IMG/VR virus record: IMGVR_UViG_3300021076_000041
Strand: one strand, 5' to 3'
DNA length: 36,488 bases
Source: a virus
In this document: piece by piece, positions 20,124 through 28,948 of the stretch
Position numbering within the stretch: position 1 is the stretch's first letter
How the letters are laid out: the number at the start of each line of letters is the position of its first letter
The notes under the pieces: generated by a model
The model's database searches: none
What the model saw: the letters and a program-made list of their open reading frames with translations, nothing else
What the model was told of the DNA's origin: nothing
Translations under genes and position numbers: made by a program

Positions 20124-21081
20124 GATATTAGTCACTGGCGGCTCGGGTTTTATTGGAAGTCAGATTGTAAAAAGTTTGGCAAATTATGGTCACGAGATAT
20201 TCGTTGTTGATAGAAAAATCAATCCTTGGACATATACTTATGTATCTTCGGATCATATCCATCAAGGTGATTTCTTAGAAGCATTTTCAATTCCAAATTT
20301 TGAATTTGATACTGTGATTCATTTGGCAGGTGACATTCTCGTAGAGCAAGGTGAATTTGATCCTAGCAAATATTATTCTAATAATGTGATGAAACTCAAA
20401 GAAATGCTTGATATCTTAGTTTCACGAAATGTCAAAAATATTATTTTCAGTAGCAGCGGAAGTGTCTATGGTAATCAGCAGAATAATTCATTGACTGAAG
20501 ATCTATTATATAATCCACAATGCACTTATGCTTCGACAAAGGTGGCCGGCGAATTACTTATCAAGGACTATTCCAGAGCACACGAGTTGAATTATGTGAT
20601 ATTCCGTTATTTTAATGCCTGTGGCGCTGATCCAGATACTGAATTTGGTTATATTCAATATCCAGCCACTCATATTATTCCAATTCTTTGTAATAAGATA
20701 AACAAGAATCAACCAATTGTAATTTATGGTAATACCTATCCTACATACGACGGAACTTGTGTTCGCGATTATGTTCATATACAGGACATTGCCAATGCTC
20801 ATCAGAAAGCCTTAGAATATTTGAATAATGGAAATAGAAGTGAGATATTTAACATTGGTGGTATTGCTGGTGAATTAACTGTAAAACAATTAGCAGAGAA
20901 TGCCTATATGATATTAAACCGATATCCAAATATTCAATATGCTTCTATGCGTTCCGGTGATGTTCCGAGATTGGTAGCCGATACCAATAAAGCAAGAAAC
21001 ATCTTAGGATGGGAACCAAAATATTCTATTGGTGAAATTCTTGATCATGCATGGAATTGGGAAGTTCGCTATCACGGTTGA
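20116..21081 (+). CDS. NAD-dependent epimerase/dehydratase (UDP-glucose 4-epimerase-like)
   Basis: ILVTGGSGFIGSQIV, SSGSVYGN, YASTKVAGE, YFNACGADPDTEFGY. Confidence 0.9.
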   Translation: MNRILVTGGSGFIGSQIVKSLANYGHEIFVVDRKINPWTYTYVSSDHIHQGDFLEAFSIPNFEFDTVIHLAGDILVEQGEFDPSKYYSNNVMKLKEMLDILVSRNVKNIIFSSSGSVYGNQQNNSLTEDLLYNPQCTYASTKVAGELLIKDYSRAHELNYVIFRYFNACGADPDTEFGYIQYPATHIIPILCNKINKNQPIVIYGNTYPTYDGTCVRDYVHIQDIANAHQKALEYLNNGNRSEIFNIGGIAGELTVKQLAENAYMILNRYPNIQYASMRSGDVPRLVADTNKARNILGWEPKYSIGEILDHAWNWEVRYHG

Positions 21082-21118
21082 AAATGAGTTTGAAATTATC
21101 CTTATAAGAGAGAAAAGA

Positions 21119-21586
21119 ATGGCAACTGATATCACTTTTGATCACATTACATTGTTGGTCGAAACAATAGCAAGTCAATTACAATCAACTGATTTTATTC
21201 CTACTCTAGTAGTAGGTATTGCTCGTGGTGGTTTAATTCCGGGAGTGATGCTAAGTCATTATTTCGATTGTGGATTCACTTCATTGACCCCGACTAAGAC
21301 TGAGTATGTAGATCCATTGTGCGACTGTGATGAAATATATCAAATTATCAGTTCGGCACCAGGAAGTAGGATAGTCATTGTTGATGAAATTTGTGACACT
21401 GGATCTACTTTTGTTAAACTTCAGAAATGCTTTGACACAATTCCAAATTTGAATTTATCAAGAATTAAGACTGCCTCTTTACAGATGAGATATAATTCGA
21501 TATATATACCAGACTATATTGGTGAAGTAATTAACAATGCCGAATGGCAGAAGTATCCTTGGGAATTGACAAATGAAAGAAAATAA
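21119..21586 (+). CDS. phosphoribosyltransferase domain protein
   Basis: PTLVVGIARGGLIPGVMLSHYF and IVIVDEICDTGSTF PRPP-binding loop. Confidence 0.85.
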   Translation: MATDITFDHITLLVETIASQLQSTDFIPTLVVGIARGGLIPGVMLSHYFDCGFTSLTPTKTEYVDPLCDCDEIYQIISSAPGSRIVIVDEICDTGSTFVKLQKCFDTIPNLNLSRIKTASLQMRYNSIYIPDYIGEVINNAEWQKYPWELTNERK

Positions 21587-22157
21587 CATCAAGAAAAGTT
21601 TATGGAGAACCCTAATGCAAACCATTTTTAATACCGCGGCACCGATAAACCAACCTGCGGCATCAACCCCGACCACAGCATCAATCGCCACCACAATAAC
21701 ACCGCTCACCACGATGGCTACAACCGGTATAACACCTTATCCTCATAATACTGCTATCGTGTACAATACAGGGATTTCTCTTGGTTCACAGGCAGGCACT
21801 GTGTATAATTCCACATCAACGGCCTATACCGGGTATAATTATAATCCAACTACTTACATACCACTGCTAATCACTTCTTCGAATAACAAAGAGATTGTGA
21901 GAATAAATGACGACGGCTCAGTGACTTGGAATTCAGGGACCAATGAAGACGAAGCAATCAAATCTTTATCAAATGTATTCACTATTTCATATGAAAAAGC
22001 ATCAGGCATTACCGAAGGCACCAAAAGAAGAATGAGAGATTCCGTGTTTGAAGAATTGATTAGCATTGCCAAAGACTCGGGTGCATTGAGTGCTGAAGAC
22101 CTGGAATACATTCTGAGATGTAGTAAAATCGTGGAGAAACTCAAAGGTGTAGTTTAG
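21573..22157 (+). CDS. hypothetical protein, Thr/Ala-rich N-terminal half
   Basis: Intact ORF; likely ATG 21615. Confidence 0.6.
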   Translation: MKENNIKKSLWRTLMQTIFNTAAPINQPAASTPTTASIATTITPLTTMATTGITPYPHNTAIVYNTGISLGSQAGTVYNSTSTAYTGYNYNPTTYIPLLITSSNNKEIVRINDDGSVTWNSGTNEDEAIKSLSNVFTISYEKASGITEGTKRRMRDSVFEELISIAKDSGALSAEDLEYILRCSKIVEKLKGVV

Positions 22158-22175
22158 AAAATTACCAGACACCAC

Positions 22176-22204
22176 TTGACAGAATTCAGTAAATTTGCTA
22201 CACT
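22176..22204 (+). promoter_or_regulatory. sigma70-like promoter
   Basis: TTGACA-17 nt-TACACT with TGC extended -10, upstream of ATG 22249. Confidence 0.55.
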
Positions 22205-22248
22205 ATACAAATGCAATATAGGTCTGATCGATAAAAAGGAGAAACAGA

Positions 22249-22431
22249 ATGGATAAATTTTCCATAGCAGGACTAATCATCACTATAGTGATTAATGGTA
22301 TTATGGGATATATCGCCGGCGCATTATTTGGCTACGGCTACTGCGTACTCATCATTACTGCGATATTTGGTTTCGTTCTTGGATGGAACCTGCCATACAT
22401 TATCGGCGATTGGCTAAGGAATAAACAATGA
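22249..22431 (+). CDS. small two-TM membrane protein
   Basis: AAGGAG RBS; hydrophobic MDKFSIAGLIITIVINGIMGYIAGALFGYGYCVLIITAIFGFVLGWNLPYIIGDW... Confidence 0.65.
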   Translation: MDKFSIAGLIITIVINGIMGYIAGALFGYGYCVLIITAIFGFVLGWNLPYIIGDWLRNKQ

Positions 22432-22542
22432 TATTCCTTATTGTTGCCGTGGTGATATGCGTTTTGATAGGATGTTCTATTCTGTCGGATCCCAAAGAAT
22501 GAAAGACATCTTTGAAATAATATCTGTCATTATTGCCTTAAT

Positions 22543-22776
22543 TTGGATGATTTGGATGATTTTGAGCATATGTCACATTATCTGATTTCTTATATTGTTG
22601 CTTTCATAGTGGCTGGGTCGGCCGTTGCTTTATACTGGTTGCCAAGTTGGATAGCGTTGAATAAGAATCATAAATATTTCGTTTCTCTATTCATAATAAA
22701 TATCCTTTTTGGATGGACAATAATAGGATGGATCTTTGTGGTATATTGGGCGTTCACTGAAAATGATGGGTGGTAG
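22543..22776 (+). CDS. Imm-like superinfection immunity membrane protein (copy 1)
   Basis: LYWLPSWIALNKNHKYFVSLFIINILFGWTIIGWIFVVYWAF matches the phage Imm-type pattern. Confidence 0.65.
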   Translation: MDDLDDFEHMSHYLISYIVAFIVAGSAVALYWLPSWIALNKNHKYFVSLFIINILFGWTIIGWIFVVYWAFTENDGW

Positions 22777-22970
22777 ATAAAATGATAATTTCGTTACTAA
22801 TTCTGACGATGTGCCTGATAGGCATTTATTTCCTGCCATCAATTGTAGCAATTAGCACCTGGCATCAATACGCAGGAACAATTATGATAGTGAATTTATG
22901 TTTTGGATGGACACTTGTGGTCTGGGTTATATTGCTGCTATGGGCTCTGTACGGTAATGAAAATGCTTGA
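22770..22970 (+). CDS. Imm-like superinfection immunity membrane protein (copy 2)
   Basis: IYFLPSIVAISTWHQYAGTIMIVNLCFGWTLVVWVILLLWAL; same pattern as the upstream gene. Confidence 0.6.
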   Translation: MVDKMIISLLILTMCLIGIYFLPSIVAISTWHQYAGTIMIVNLCFGWTLVVWVILLLWALYGNENA

Positions 22971-23022
22971 GGTACCGAGTTTGTTTCTAATGTGGGTTTC
23001 ATAATTTCTGAAAGGTAATACA

Positions 23023-23964
23023 ATGGATAAGGCAATTAGGCAGATTAAATATAGTGAAATTTTCTCCAGTTTTCAAGGTGAAGGCACTTATTGTGGAAAA
23101 CCAAGTCTGTGGGTTCGTCTTTGGTCGTGTAATTTTGAATGTAAGGGTTTCAGTCAGAAAGACATCAATGATCCATCCACTTGGACATTACCTTACCTTG
23201 ATGCTGATGTGAAAAAGATTACAAAATTGGAAGATTTGCCAGTCTTTCATACTGGGTGTGATAGTTCTTATTCTTGGGCGAAGAAATTTGGCCATCTTGC
23301 ACATAGTAATACTGCGCCGGAAATCGCCGAGAAGTTGATTGAACTTAACAAAACTATGTATAACCCAACCGGACATTTTGTTCACGAAGGATCACAACAA
23401 GAATCACATTTAGTATTCACAGGTGGTGAACCGATGATGAATCAGAGAGGCATAGTTGATATTGTTGAGTCATTGGCCGAGCTGAAAACCGCACCTGTGA
23501 AAATTACAATCGAAACAAATGGTACACGACCAATGAAAGACTTCTTCCAAACATTTCTCGAAGAACGATTTTACCGATATCAAGTAGTTGGCGGAATGAT
23601 GGATCAATCACGCGCTGCGAATGAGTTGTTTTGGAGCGTAAGTCCAAAACTTCACGCGAGTGGTGAAAAATGGGATGATGCTATCAAACCCGATGTTGTA
23701 GCAAAATACGCATATGAAAGTAGTCACGGTCAATTGAAATATGTTGTTGATGGTAGCACACGAACATGGGGCGAAGTCGATAGAGCAACAAAGATGTTTC
23801 GTGAAGAAGGTGTGGACTGGCCAGTGTGGATTATGCCGGTCGGTGCCGATGTAGAAATGCAGAATGAACACGCTGCTGAAATTACACGTGAAACTATCGC
23901 TCGTGGATACAATGTTTGTATTCGTGCTCACCTTTATCTACTTGGCAATGGAATGGGAACTTGA
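23023..23964 (+). CDS. queE: QueE-like 7-carboxy-7-deazaguanine synthase (radical SAM)
   Basis: YSEIFSSFQGEGTYCGKPSLWVRLWSCNFECKGFSQ, VFTGGEPMMNQ, ITIETNGTRP. Confidence 0.85.
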   Translation: MDKAIRQIKYSEIFSSFQGEGTYCGKPSLWVRLWSCNFECKGFSQKDINDPSTWTLPYLDADVKKITKLEDLPVFHTGCDSSYSWAKKFGHLAHSNTAPEIAEKLIELNKTMYNPTGHFVHEGSQQESHLVFTGGEPMMNQRGIVDIVESLAELKTAPVKITIETNGTRPMKDFFQTFLEERFYRYQVVGGMMDQSRAANELFWSVSPKLHASGEKWDDAIKPDVVAKYAYESSHGQLKYVVDGSTRTWGEVDRATKMFREEGVDWPVWIMPVGADVEMQNEHAAEITRETIARGYNVCIRAHLYLLGNGMGT

Positions 23965-23985
23965 ATTATAAAGATCTGATTATAG

Positions 23986-24201
23986 ATGAATGCTAATCTT
24001 CAATATAGAACTATATATCTGGTGCGTGGTCAAGGAACCGACGAGGCCCCCGATGCTTTTGTGCTTGAGGGTATTCTTCGAAGAGAATTTCCTGATGCCA
24101 TGTACGTCTATCGATATGATTTAATTACTTTCAGTTGTGAGGAAGATCTTTCATTCTTTATTTTAAAATATGGCGATATCTTTAAAAGATACTTCGAATG
24201 A
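23986..24201 (+). CDS. EDLxxFILKYG small-protein family, array member 1
   Basis: LEGILRREFPDAMYVYRYDLITFSCEEDLSFFILKYGDIF. Confidence 0.75.
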   Translation: MNANLQYRTIYLVRGQGTDEAPDAFVLEGILRREFPDAMYVYRYDLITFSCEEDLSFFILKYGDIFKRYFE

Positions 24202-24419
24202 ATCCATGTCTTCAATATAGAACTATATATCTGGTGCGTCAAGGAATGCCTCGAAGCATTTTTCCTGATGCCCCCGATGCGTGTGTGCTTGAGGATATAC
24301 TTCAAAGAGAATTTCCTGATGCTATGTATGTTTATCAAGAGGATTTAATTACTTTCAGTTGTGAGGAAGATCTTTCATTCTTTATTTTAAAATATGGCGG
24401 CATTTATGATAAATGCTAA
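24198..24419 (+). CDS. EDLxxFILKYG family, array member 2
   Basis: LEDILQREFPDAMYVYQEDLITFSCEEDLSFFILKYGGIY; near-duplicate of member 1. Confidence 0.75.
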   Translation: MNPCLQYRTIYLVRQGMPRSIFPDAPDACVLEDILQREFPDAMYVYQEDLITFSCEEDLSFFILKYGGIYDKC

Positions 24420-24636
24420 TCTTCAATATCAAACTACCTTTTTAGAATATGAAAAATATAATAGACCCAGCGCGGAGGTGCTTGAGGATATACTTCGAAG
24501 AGAATTTCCTGATGCCACTTATAAATTTATGGACGATATAATCACTTTCACAAATCAAGAAGACTTAGTCGCATTCATTCTTAAATATGACCACATCTAC
24601 CACGACACCTACTACGGCAATTTACCAACGATATGA
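24394..24636 (+). CDS. EDLxxFILKYG family, array member 3
   Basis: LEDILRREFPDATYKFMDDIITFTNQEDLVAFILKYDHIY; probable start ATG 24409 (MINANLQYQTT). Confidence 0.75.
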   Translation: MAAFMINANLQYQTTFLEYEKYNRPSAEVLEDILRREFPDATYKFMDDIITFTNQEDLVAFILKYDHIYHDTYYGNLPTI

Positions 24637-24832
24637 ATTCTATACGCGAGCTATATTTCGTACGCTGCGCCAATGGGACGAAAAACTGGAACTAGAGAAG
24701 GATTTACTTGATATTCTGAACCGTGAATTTCCGGGTGCCAGATATTCCTATCAATGTGACATAATTTCATTCGAAGATAAAGATGATGCATTGGTATTTG
24801 TATTGAAATATGGGCATATCTATGGAAGATAA
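24587..24832 (+). CDS. EDLxxFILKYG family, array member 4
   Basis: LLDILNREFPGARYSYQCDIISFEDKDDALVFVLKYGHIYGR. Confidence 0.7.
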   Translation: MTTSTTTPTTAIYQRYEFYTRAIFRTLRQWDEKLELEKDLLDILNREFPGARYSYQCDIISFEDKDDALVFVLKYGHIYGR

Positions 24833-25019
24833 TAAGTATCGGACTTGTTGCATATACTACCATGCCGTGCTACCATGTGTTGGTGATTTACTTGATATCC
24901 TTCAAAGAGAGTTTCCGGGTGCTACTTATGAATTTACAGAAGATGTAATTACCTTTGCCAACCGTGATGATTTGGTAATCTTTATATTGAAATATGGGCA
25001 TATCTATGCGCCTAGATAA
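24810..25019 (+). CDS. EDLxxFILKYG family, array member 5
   Basis: LLDILQREFPGATYEFTEDVITFANRDDLVIFILKYGHIYAPR; start overlaps GHIYG codons of member 4. Confidence 0.75.
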   Translation: MGISMEDNKYRTCCIYYHAVLPCVGDLLDILQREFPGATYEFTEDVITFANRDDLVIFILKYGHIYAPR

Positions 25020-25221
25020 GATCTTCGAGACTCGTGTCCTGAATATTTGGGAATATGCCACCGACGAGTTGTTGAAAATTCTCAGAAATGAATTTGCCAA
25101 TGCTGAATGGGAGTATATGGATAGTTATATTCTACCATTCTATAGAATCAAATTCGAAACCCCGGAAGATTTGGTTGTATTTATTCTGAAATACGGGCAT
25201 ATCTATGATGATGTCAAGTAA
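24994..25221 (+). CDS. EDLxxFILKYG family, array member 6
   Basis: LLKILRNEFANAEWEYMDSYILPFYRIKFETPEDLVVFILKYGHIYDDVK. Confidence 0.75.
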   Translation: MGISMRLDKIFETRVLNIWEYATDELLKILRNEFANAEWEYMDSYILPFYRIKFETPEDLVVFILKYGHIYDDVK

Positions 25222-25432
25222 AATAAAACGGTATGAAACAAGAGAATTCTACAATCGTGGATATAGACTACCACGATTGCTAAAGTTAATCCATGACGAA
25301 TTCCCTAAATCGAAATGGAAATTATTGAAGACGCGTGATGTGAAATATGTCACATGTAAAATACGATTTCGGGAATCCGAAGACCTCACAGTCTTTATTT
25401 TGAAATATGGGCATATCTATGGTAGAGAATAA
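25205..25432 (+). CDS. EDLxxFILKYG family, array member 7
   Basis: LLKLIHDEFPKSKWKL...IRFRESEDLTVFILKYGHIYGRE; contains in-frame CGG-G at 25370 without a shift. Confidence 0.75.
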   Translation: MMMSSKIKRYETREFYNRGYRLPRLLKLIHDEFPKSKWKLLKTRDVKYVTCKIRFRESEDLTVFILKYGHIYGRE

Positions 25433-25616
25433 ATATCTCACAAGGCCAATATACCGGCAGGTTGGTGATTTGCCTCATGTCAAAGATTTGGTGGTTGTCT
25501 TAGATCAGGAGTTCGCTGGTGCAGAATATACTTATGCAAGTGATATTATCACTTTTGTGAATGAAGAAGATTTAGTAGCCTTCACATTGAAATACGGACA
25601 TATCTATGGCAAATGA
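25407..25616 (+). CDS. EDLxxFILKYG family, array member 8
   Basis: LVVVLDQEFAGAEYTYASDIITFVNEEDLVAFTLKYGHIYGK. Confidence 0.75.
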   Translation: MGISMVENKYLTRPIYRQVGDLPHVKDLVVVLDQEFAGAEYTYASDIITFVNEEDLVAFTLKYGHIYGK

Positions 25617-25854
25617 AGATAAATATATATTTAATACAAACGTCCTGTGGTGGCAACCACCACAGTCAGACATTTACAAATTAATAGAAATTCTAAATGA
25701 TGAATTTCCGGGATCAAGCCGCGAAGATTGTGCAATATATCAAACACAAGGGAATCCATATGATCATATGCAATATCCATTCTCCAGAATTACATTCACT
25801 AACCAAGAAGACTTAACAGCCTTCATTCTTAAATACGGACATATATTCAAATGA
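25606..25854 (+). CDS. EDLxxFILKYG family, array member 9
   Basis: LIEILNDEFPGSSREDC...SRITFTNQEDLTAFILKYGHIFK. Confidence 0.75.
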   Translation: MANEDKYIFNTNVLWWQPPQSDIYKLIEILNDEFPGSSREDCAIYQTQGNPYDHMQYPFSRITFTNQEDLTAFILKYGHIFK

Positions 25855-26475
25855 AAAAACCACTCATACCATTCTCATTCTATCCTTATGCTTGGCGGCA
25901 CAAAGGGTAAAACTCGAGAAACGCTGAAAGCAGAATATGAATTAGAAGGATATGATTTAGATATTCGACTACTCGAGATTCACAAGGATACATTACCGGC
26001 CAATGTTTATCAAGGTAAATTGCTTGACATAGAATTTAAATATCTCAAAATATCATTAGGTGAATATCAAAGAGGATTGGCAAATCTAATTCAGGATGAG
26101 AAGAAAAAGAAAATCGCATTGCTTGAATTGGATTACAAAGAGAATAAGATATCAAGATTTAACTATGAAAAAGAAAGTGCCACCATTAATGACGAACCGT
26201 GGGTGGCAGTGGTCAAGTTAGAATTTGGAACAGAAAAAGCCGAAGAAGGTAGTTTTGAACTTGACTGGAATGATAAATTCATTGAGATGCTTGAAGACGC
26301 AGGATATATTGCTATGAAACCAGACCAAACTGTGAATCTTTGGTTTAGTGAAGTATGCAGAGCAGTGGCGCTTGAATCGTATGACGGTGTAGGAACTTTT
26401 ACTGAAGATTCTGAATATGCGTTAAATTCACAAGAAGGTGAAATAGTCCCGAAAGGTAAGAGAAATGTCAAGTAA
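25851..26475 (+). CDS. hypothetical protein inside the array, CGG-C shift near N-terminus
   Basis: MKKPLIPFSFYPYAW|G|TKGKTRETLKAEYELEGYDLDIRLLEIHKDTLPANVY...; length 625 = 208 codons + 1 nt. Confidence 0.7.
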
Positions 26476-26662
26476 TTCGTTTCGTGCTCGGTTTGTAGCT
26501 ACCCTCATAGAAGGTAATAAATTACAGGAATTATTGAATGCCGAATTCCAGGGGTCGAAGTATCACTGGTTGCAGGACATAATCCATTTTATAGATAGAG
26601 AAGATCTCTTAGCCTTCACATTGAAATACGGACATATCTATGGAAAAGATAATTTATTTTAG
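26465..26662 (+). CDS. EDLxxFILKYG family, array member 10
   Basis: LQELLNAEFQGSKYHWLQDIIHFIDREDLLAFTLKYGHIYGKDNLF. Confidence 0.75.
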   Translation: MSSNSFRARFVATLIEGNKLQELLNAEFQGSKYHWLQDIIHFIDREDLLAFTLKYGHIYGKDNLF

Positions 26663-26834
26663 AACAACCGCTCTTTATCCGAATTTTGAAAAGATTGCTA
26701 CATTATGCGAAATTTTGAGAATTGAATTTCCAGGTGCCAAGCACTTTCCAGTGAATAGAACAATTCATTTTATGGATAGAGAAGATCTCTTAGCCTTTAT
26801 ATTGAAATACGGACATATCTATGGACCAAAATAA
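26640..26834 (+). CDS. EDLxxFILKYG family, array member 11
   Basis: LCEILRIEFPGAKHFPVNRTIHFMDREDLLAFILKYGHIYGPK. Confidence 0.75.
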   Translation: MEKIIYFRTTALYPNFEKIATLCEILRIEFPGAKHFPVNRTIHFMDREDLLAFILKYGHIYGPK

Positions 26835-26849
26835 AAAAGAGGAACAACA

Positions 26850-27896
26850 ATGAATAAATCAACCTTTCTACTCATGGACGGACACAATCTGTTCCATAGA
26901 ATGATACATCAGGTTAATCCTGCCGCAGGTATAGATGGAATGATAGGATTGTCATTCCATCTAATGTTATATAGTCTTAAGAAAGAATGGAATCGTTTCA
27001 ATGGAACTCATGCGGTATTCTTCACCGAAGGTTATTCGTGGCGATATGATATCTACAAAGATTACAAGAAATCCAGGAAAGTTATATTCGCGCAAAAGAC
27101 AGAGAAAGAAAAAGAAGACAGGGATCTACTCACTGAGGCGTTTGATGATTTGGTAGAATTTCTTGATCAGAAAACCAATATGACTGTTCTTCAGAATCCA
27201 AGAGCAGAAGCAGATGATATGATTGCTACTTGGATTAGATTACACCCAGATGACGATCATATTCTAATCAGTTCCGATAGTGACTTCTATCAATTGCTCG
27301 CGCCAAATGTAAAAATCTACGATCCAGTTAAAGATATTCTATTAACTGATGTTGGAATTACTGATGACAGAGATAAGAATTTGAGTTTCGTTGTCAAAGA
27401 TGGTAAGATTTCTTCACCTAAGGTAGATCCAAATTTCAAACCAGAAAAGGATTGGTTTCGATACGCATTATTTATGAAAATCATTCGTGGTGATACGTCT
27501 GATTATATATTCAGTGCCTATCCCGGTATTCGTGAAAAAGGAACCAAAGATAAGATTGGGATCAGAGAAGCATATAATAATCAAGATGTGAAAGGGTTTG
27601 ATTGGAATAATTTCATGAATCAATCTTGGGTTGACATTGACCAAAAGACCCATATTGTAAAGGATCTTTATGAGAGAAATCGAATACTAATTGACCTAAC
27701 TGCTCAGCCAGACAGTGTGAAAGAGTCGTGTGAGAATATTATTGTAAATCAAGTTTCAAGAAAGAATATCTCAGCACCAAATATAGGAATGGCATTCTTG
27801 CAATTCTGCACAAGGTGGAATTTGCCAAAAATATCAAACAATGCTCAGCAATTCACCCCATTGTTCAACTCTAAATATTATCAAGACCTCGAATGA
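26850..27896 (+). CDS. 5'-3' exonuclease / T4 RNase H-like (FEN/PIN fold)
   Basis: LLMDGHNLFHRM, AEADDMIATWIRLH, ILISSDSDFYQLL. Confidence 0.85.
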   Translation: MNKSTFLLMDGHNLFHRMIHQVNPAAGIDGMIGLSFHLMLYSLKKEWNRFNGTHAVFFTEGYSWRYDIYKDYKKSRKVIFAQKTEKEKEDRDLLTEAFDDLVEFLDQKTNMTVLQNPRAEADDMIATWIRLHPDDDHILISSDSDFYQLLAPNVKIYDPVKDILLTDVGITDDRDKNLSFVVKDGKISSPKVDPNFKPEKDWFRYALFMKIIRGDTSDYIFSAYPGIREKGTKDKIGIREAYNNQDVKGFDWNNFMNQSWVDIDQKTHIVKDLYERNRILIDLTAQPDSVKESCENIIVNQVSRKNISAPNIGMAFLQFCTRWNLPKISNNAQQFTPLFNSKYYQDLE

Positions 27897-28369
27897 AATT
27901 AAAGACTATTACTGATAAATCCTGGATTGTATTGTCTGACGACAATGAAAGGATCGGGATGCTAAACGAAGGTAAAGAACAATTCACTCTATTGATGAAG
28001 AGTGTGAAATATGAATTTAAGTCCAAAGAAGAATTAAATATTCATTTTAACAAAGACATATTCCGTCATATTATTGAACCAGTATTTCAGCAAAGGAATA
28101 TAGAGAAGTTCATCAAAGGCCTTCCTGTAGATTATGATTCGCCAATCGAAGTTGAAATTGAAGGCAATTCTCTACCACTATTCGTAAAGAAGGAAGGTAG
28201 TAAGATATATTTCTCTGCTGGATATTATTGCTTAGAATACCCAAAAGGATGGATGCCATCCTTAAATCCAAAACTATCAACTTTAGAATTGTACAATCAT
28301 AAGGGTCCGTTTGTAGATGAATTACAAATGAGAACTGCTTTACAAACCGAAAGGAAGAAGAATGCTTGA
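27893..28369 (+). CDS. hypothetical protein
   Basis: Intact ORF with ATGA overlap. Confidence 0.6.
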   Translation: MKLKTITDKSWIVLSDDNERIGMLNEGKEQFTLLMKSVKYEFKSKEELNIHFNKDIFRHIIEPVFQQRNIEKFIKGLPVDYDSPIEVEIEGNSLPLFVKKEGSKIYFSAGYYCLEYPKGWMPSLNPKLSTLELYNHKGPFVDELQMRTALQTERKKNA

Positions 28370-28571
28370 GATCAATAAGTTCATAGCCAAAGTTAAGAAT
28401 GCTAAGAAAACAAAATCACCAGAGATCAAGATTACCTTTGTTGATGCTCAAGCATTGCTCGATGAAATTAACGAGCTGATTACTGCCAATGTGAAGCCTG
28501 CGCCAAAGATAGAAAAGGTGGCCGAATCACATCAAACCGGACCTATAATCTTTGATGGTGGACATTTCTAA
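28362..28571 (+). CDS. hypothetical protein
   Basis: Intact ORF overlapping the upstream stop. Confidence 0.55.
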   Translation: MLEINKFIAKVKNAKKTKSPEIKITFVDAQALLDEINELITANVKPAPKIEKVAESHQTGPIIFDGGHF

Positions 28572-28595
28572 AACCATACTTTATTTGGTGCCGAA

Positions 28596-28603
28596 GATAA
28601 ATA
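28596..28603 (+). promoter_or_regulatory. late promoter-like octamer GATAAATA
   Basis: Located in the short gap before the 28616 gene. Confidence 0.45.
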
Positions 28604-28615
28604 TAAGTATAATCA

Positions 28616-28925
28616 ATGGAGATCACAATGTCACGACCAAAGCCAACCATTCTGATGACAGATACTAATTCAAAGAGTTTCAAGGTAGTTCAAGTTCTTG
28701 AAGCAGAATCTATCTATGCTGTCTTTCACAAAGGCAAGCCAATCAATATGAGAATACTGAACCAGATATCTGATATACCAGGACCAAAATATAAGAAGTG
28801 TAGTTTCAGTAATCCACGGTCATGCATTTAACTTGGCTCAAAAACTAAATGGTATATTCGACACTACCGAATTTACAGTTCATAAGTTGGATTCTGGAAC
28901 TCTAATCACCGAACGCAATAAATAA
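28616..28925 (+). CDS. hypothetical protein with CGG-T shift
   Basis: ...KKCSFSNP|G|HAFNLAQKLNGIFDTTEFTVHKLDSGTLITERNK*; length 310 = 103 codons + 1 nt. Confidence 0.7.
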
Positions 28926-28948
28926 TTTCAATCTTCGGAAATGATATA

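Larger units (their letters stand above)
23986..26834 (+). repeat. tandem array of 11 paralogous small genes with junction repeat TTGAAATAYGGRCATATCTATGG
   Basis: Protein-level repeat plus near-identical DNA at junctions, e.g. 24802-24825, 24987-25008, 25401-25422, 25587-25609, 26621-26643, 26802-26824. Confidence 0.8.

Noticed and set aside
23986-26834. CRISPR-like or noncoding repeat array
   Set aside because: Repeat units are coding, variable in length, overlapping, and conserved mainly at protein level.
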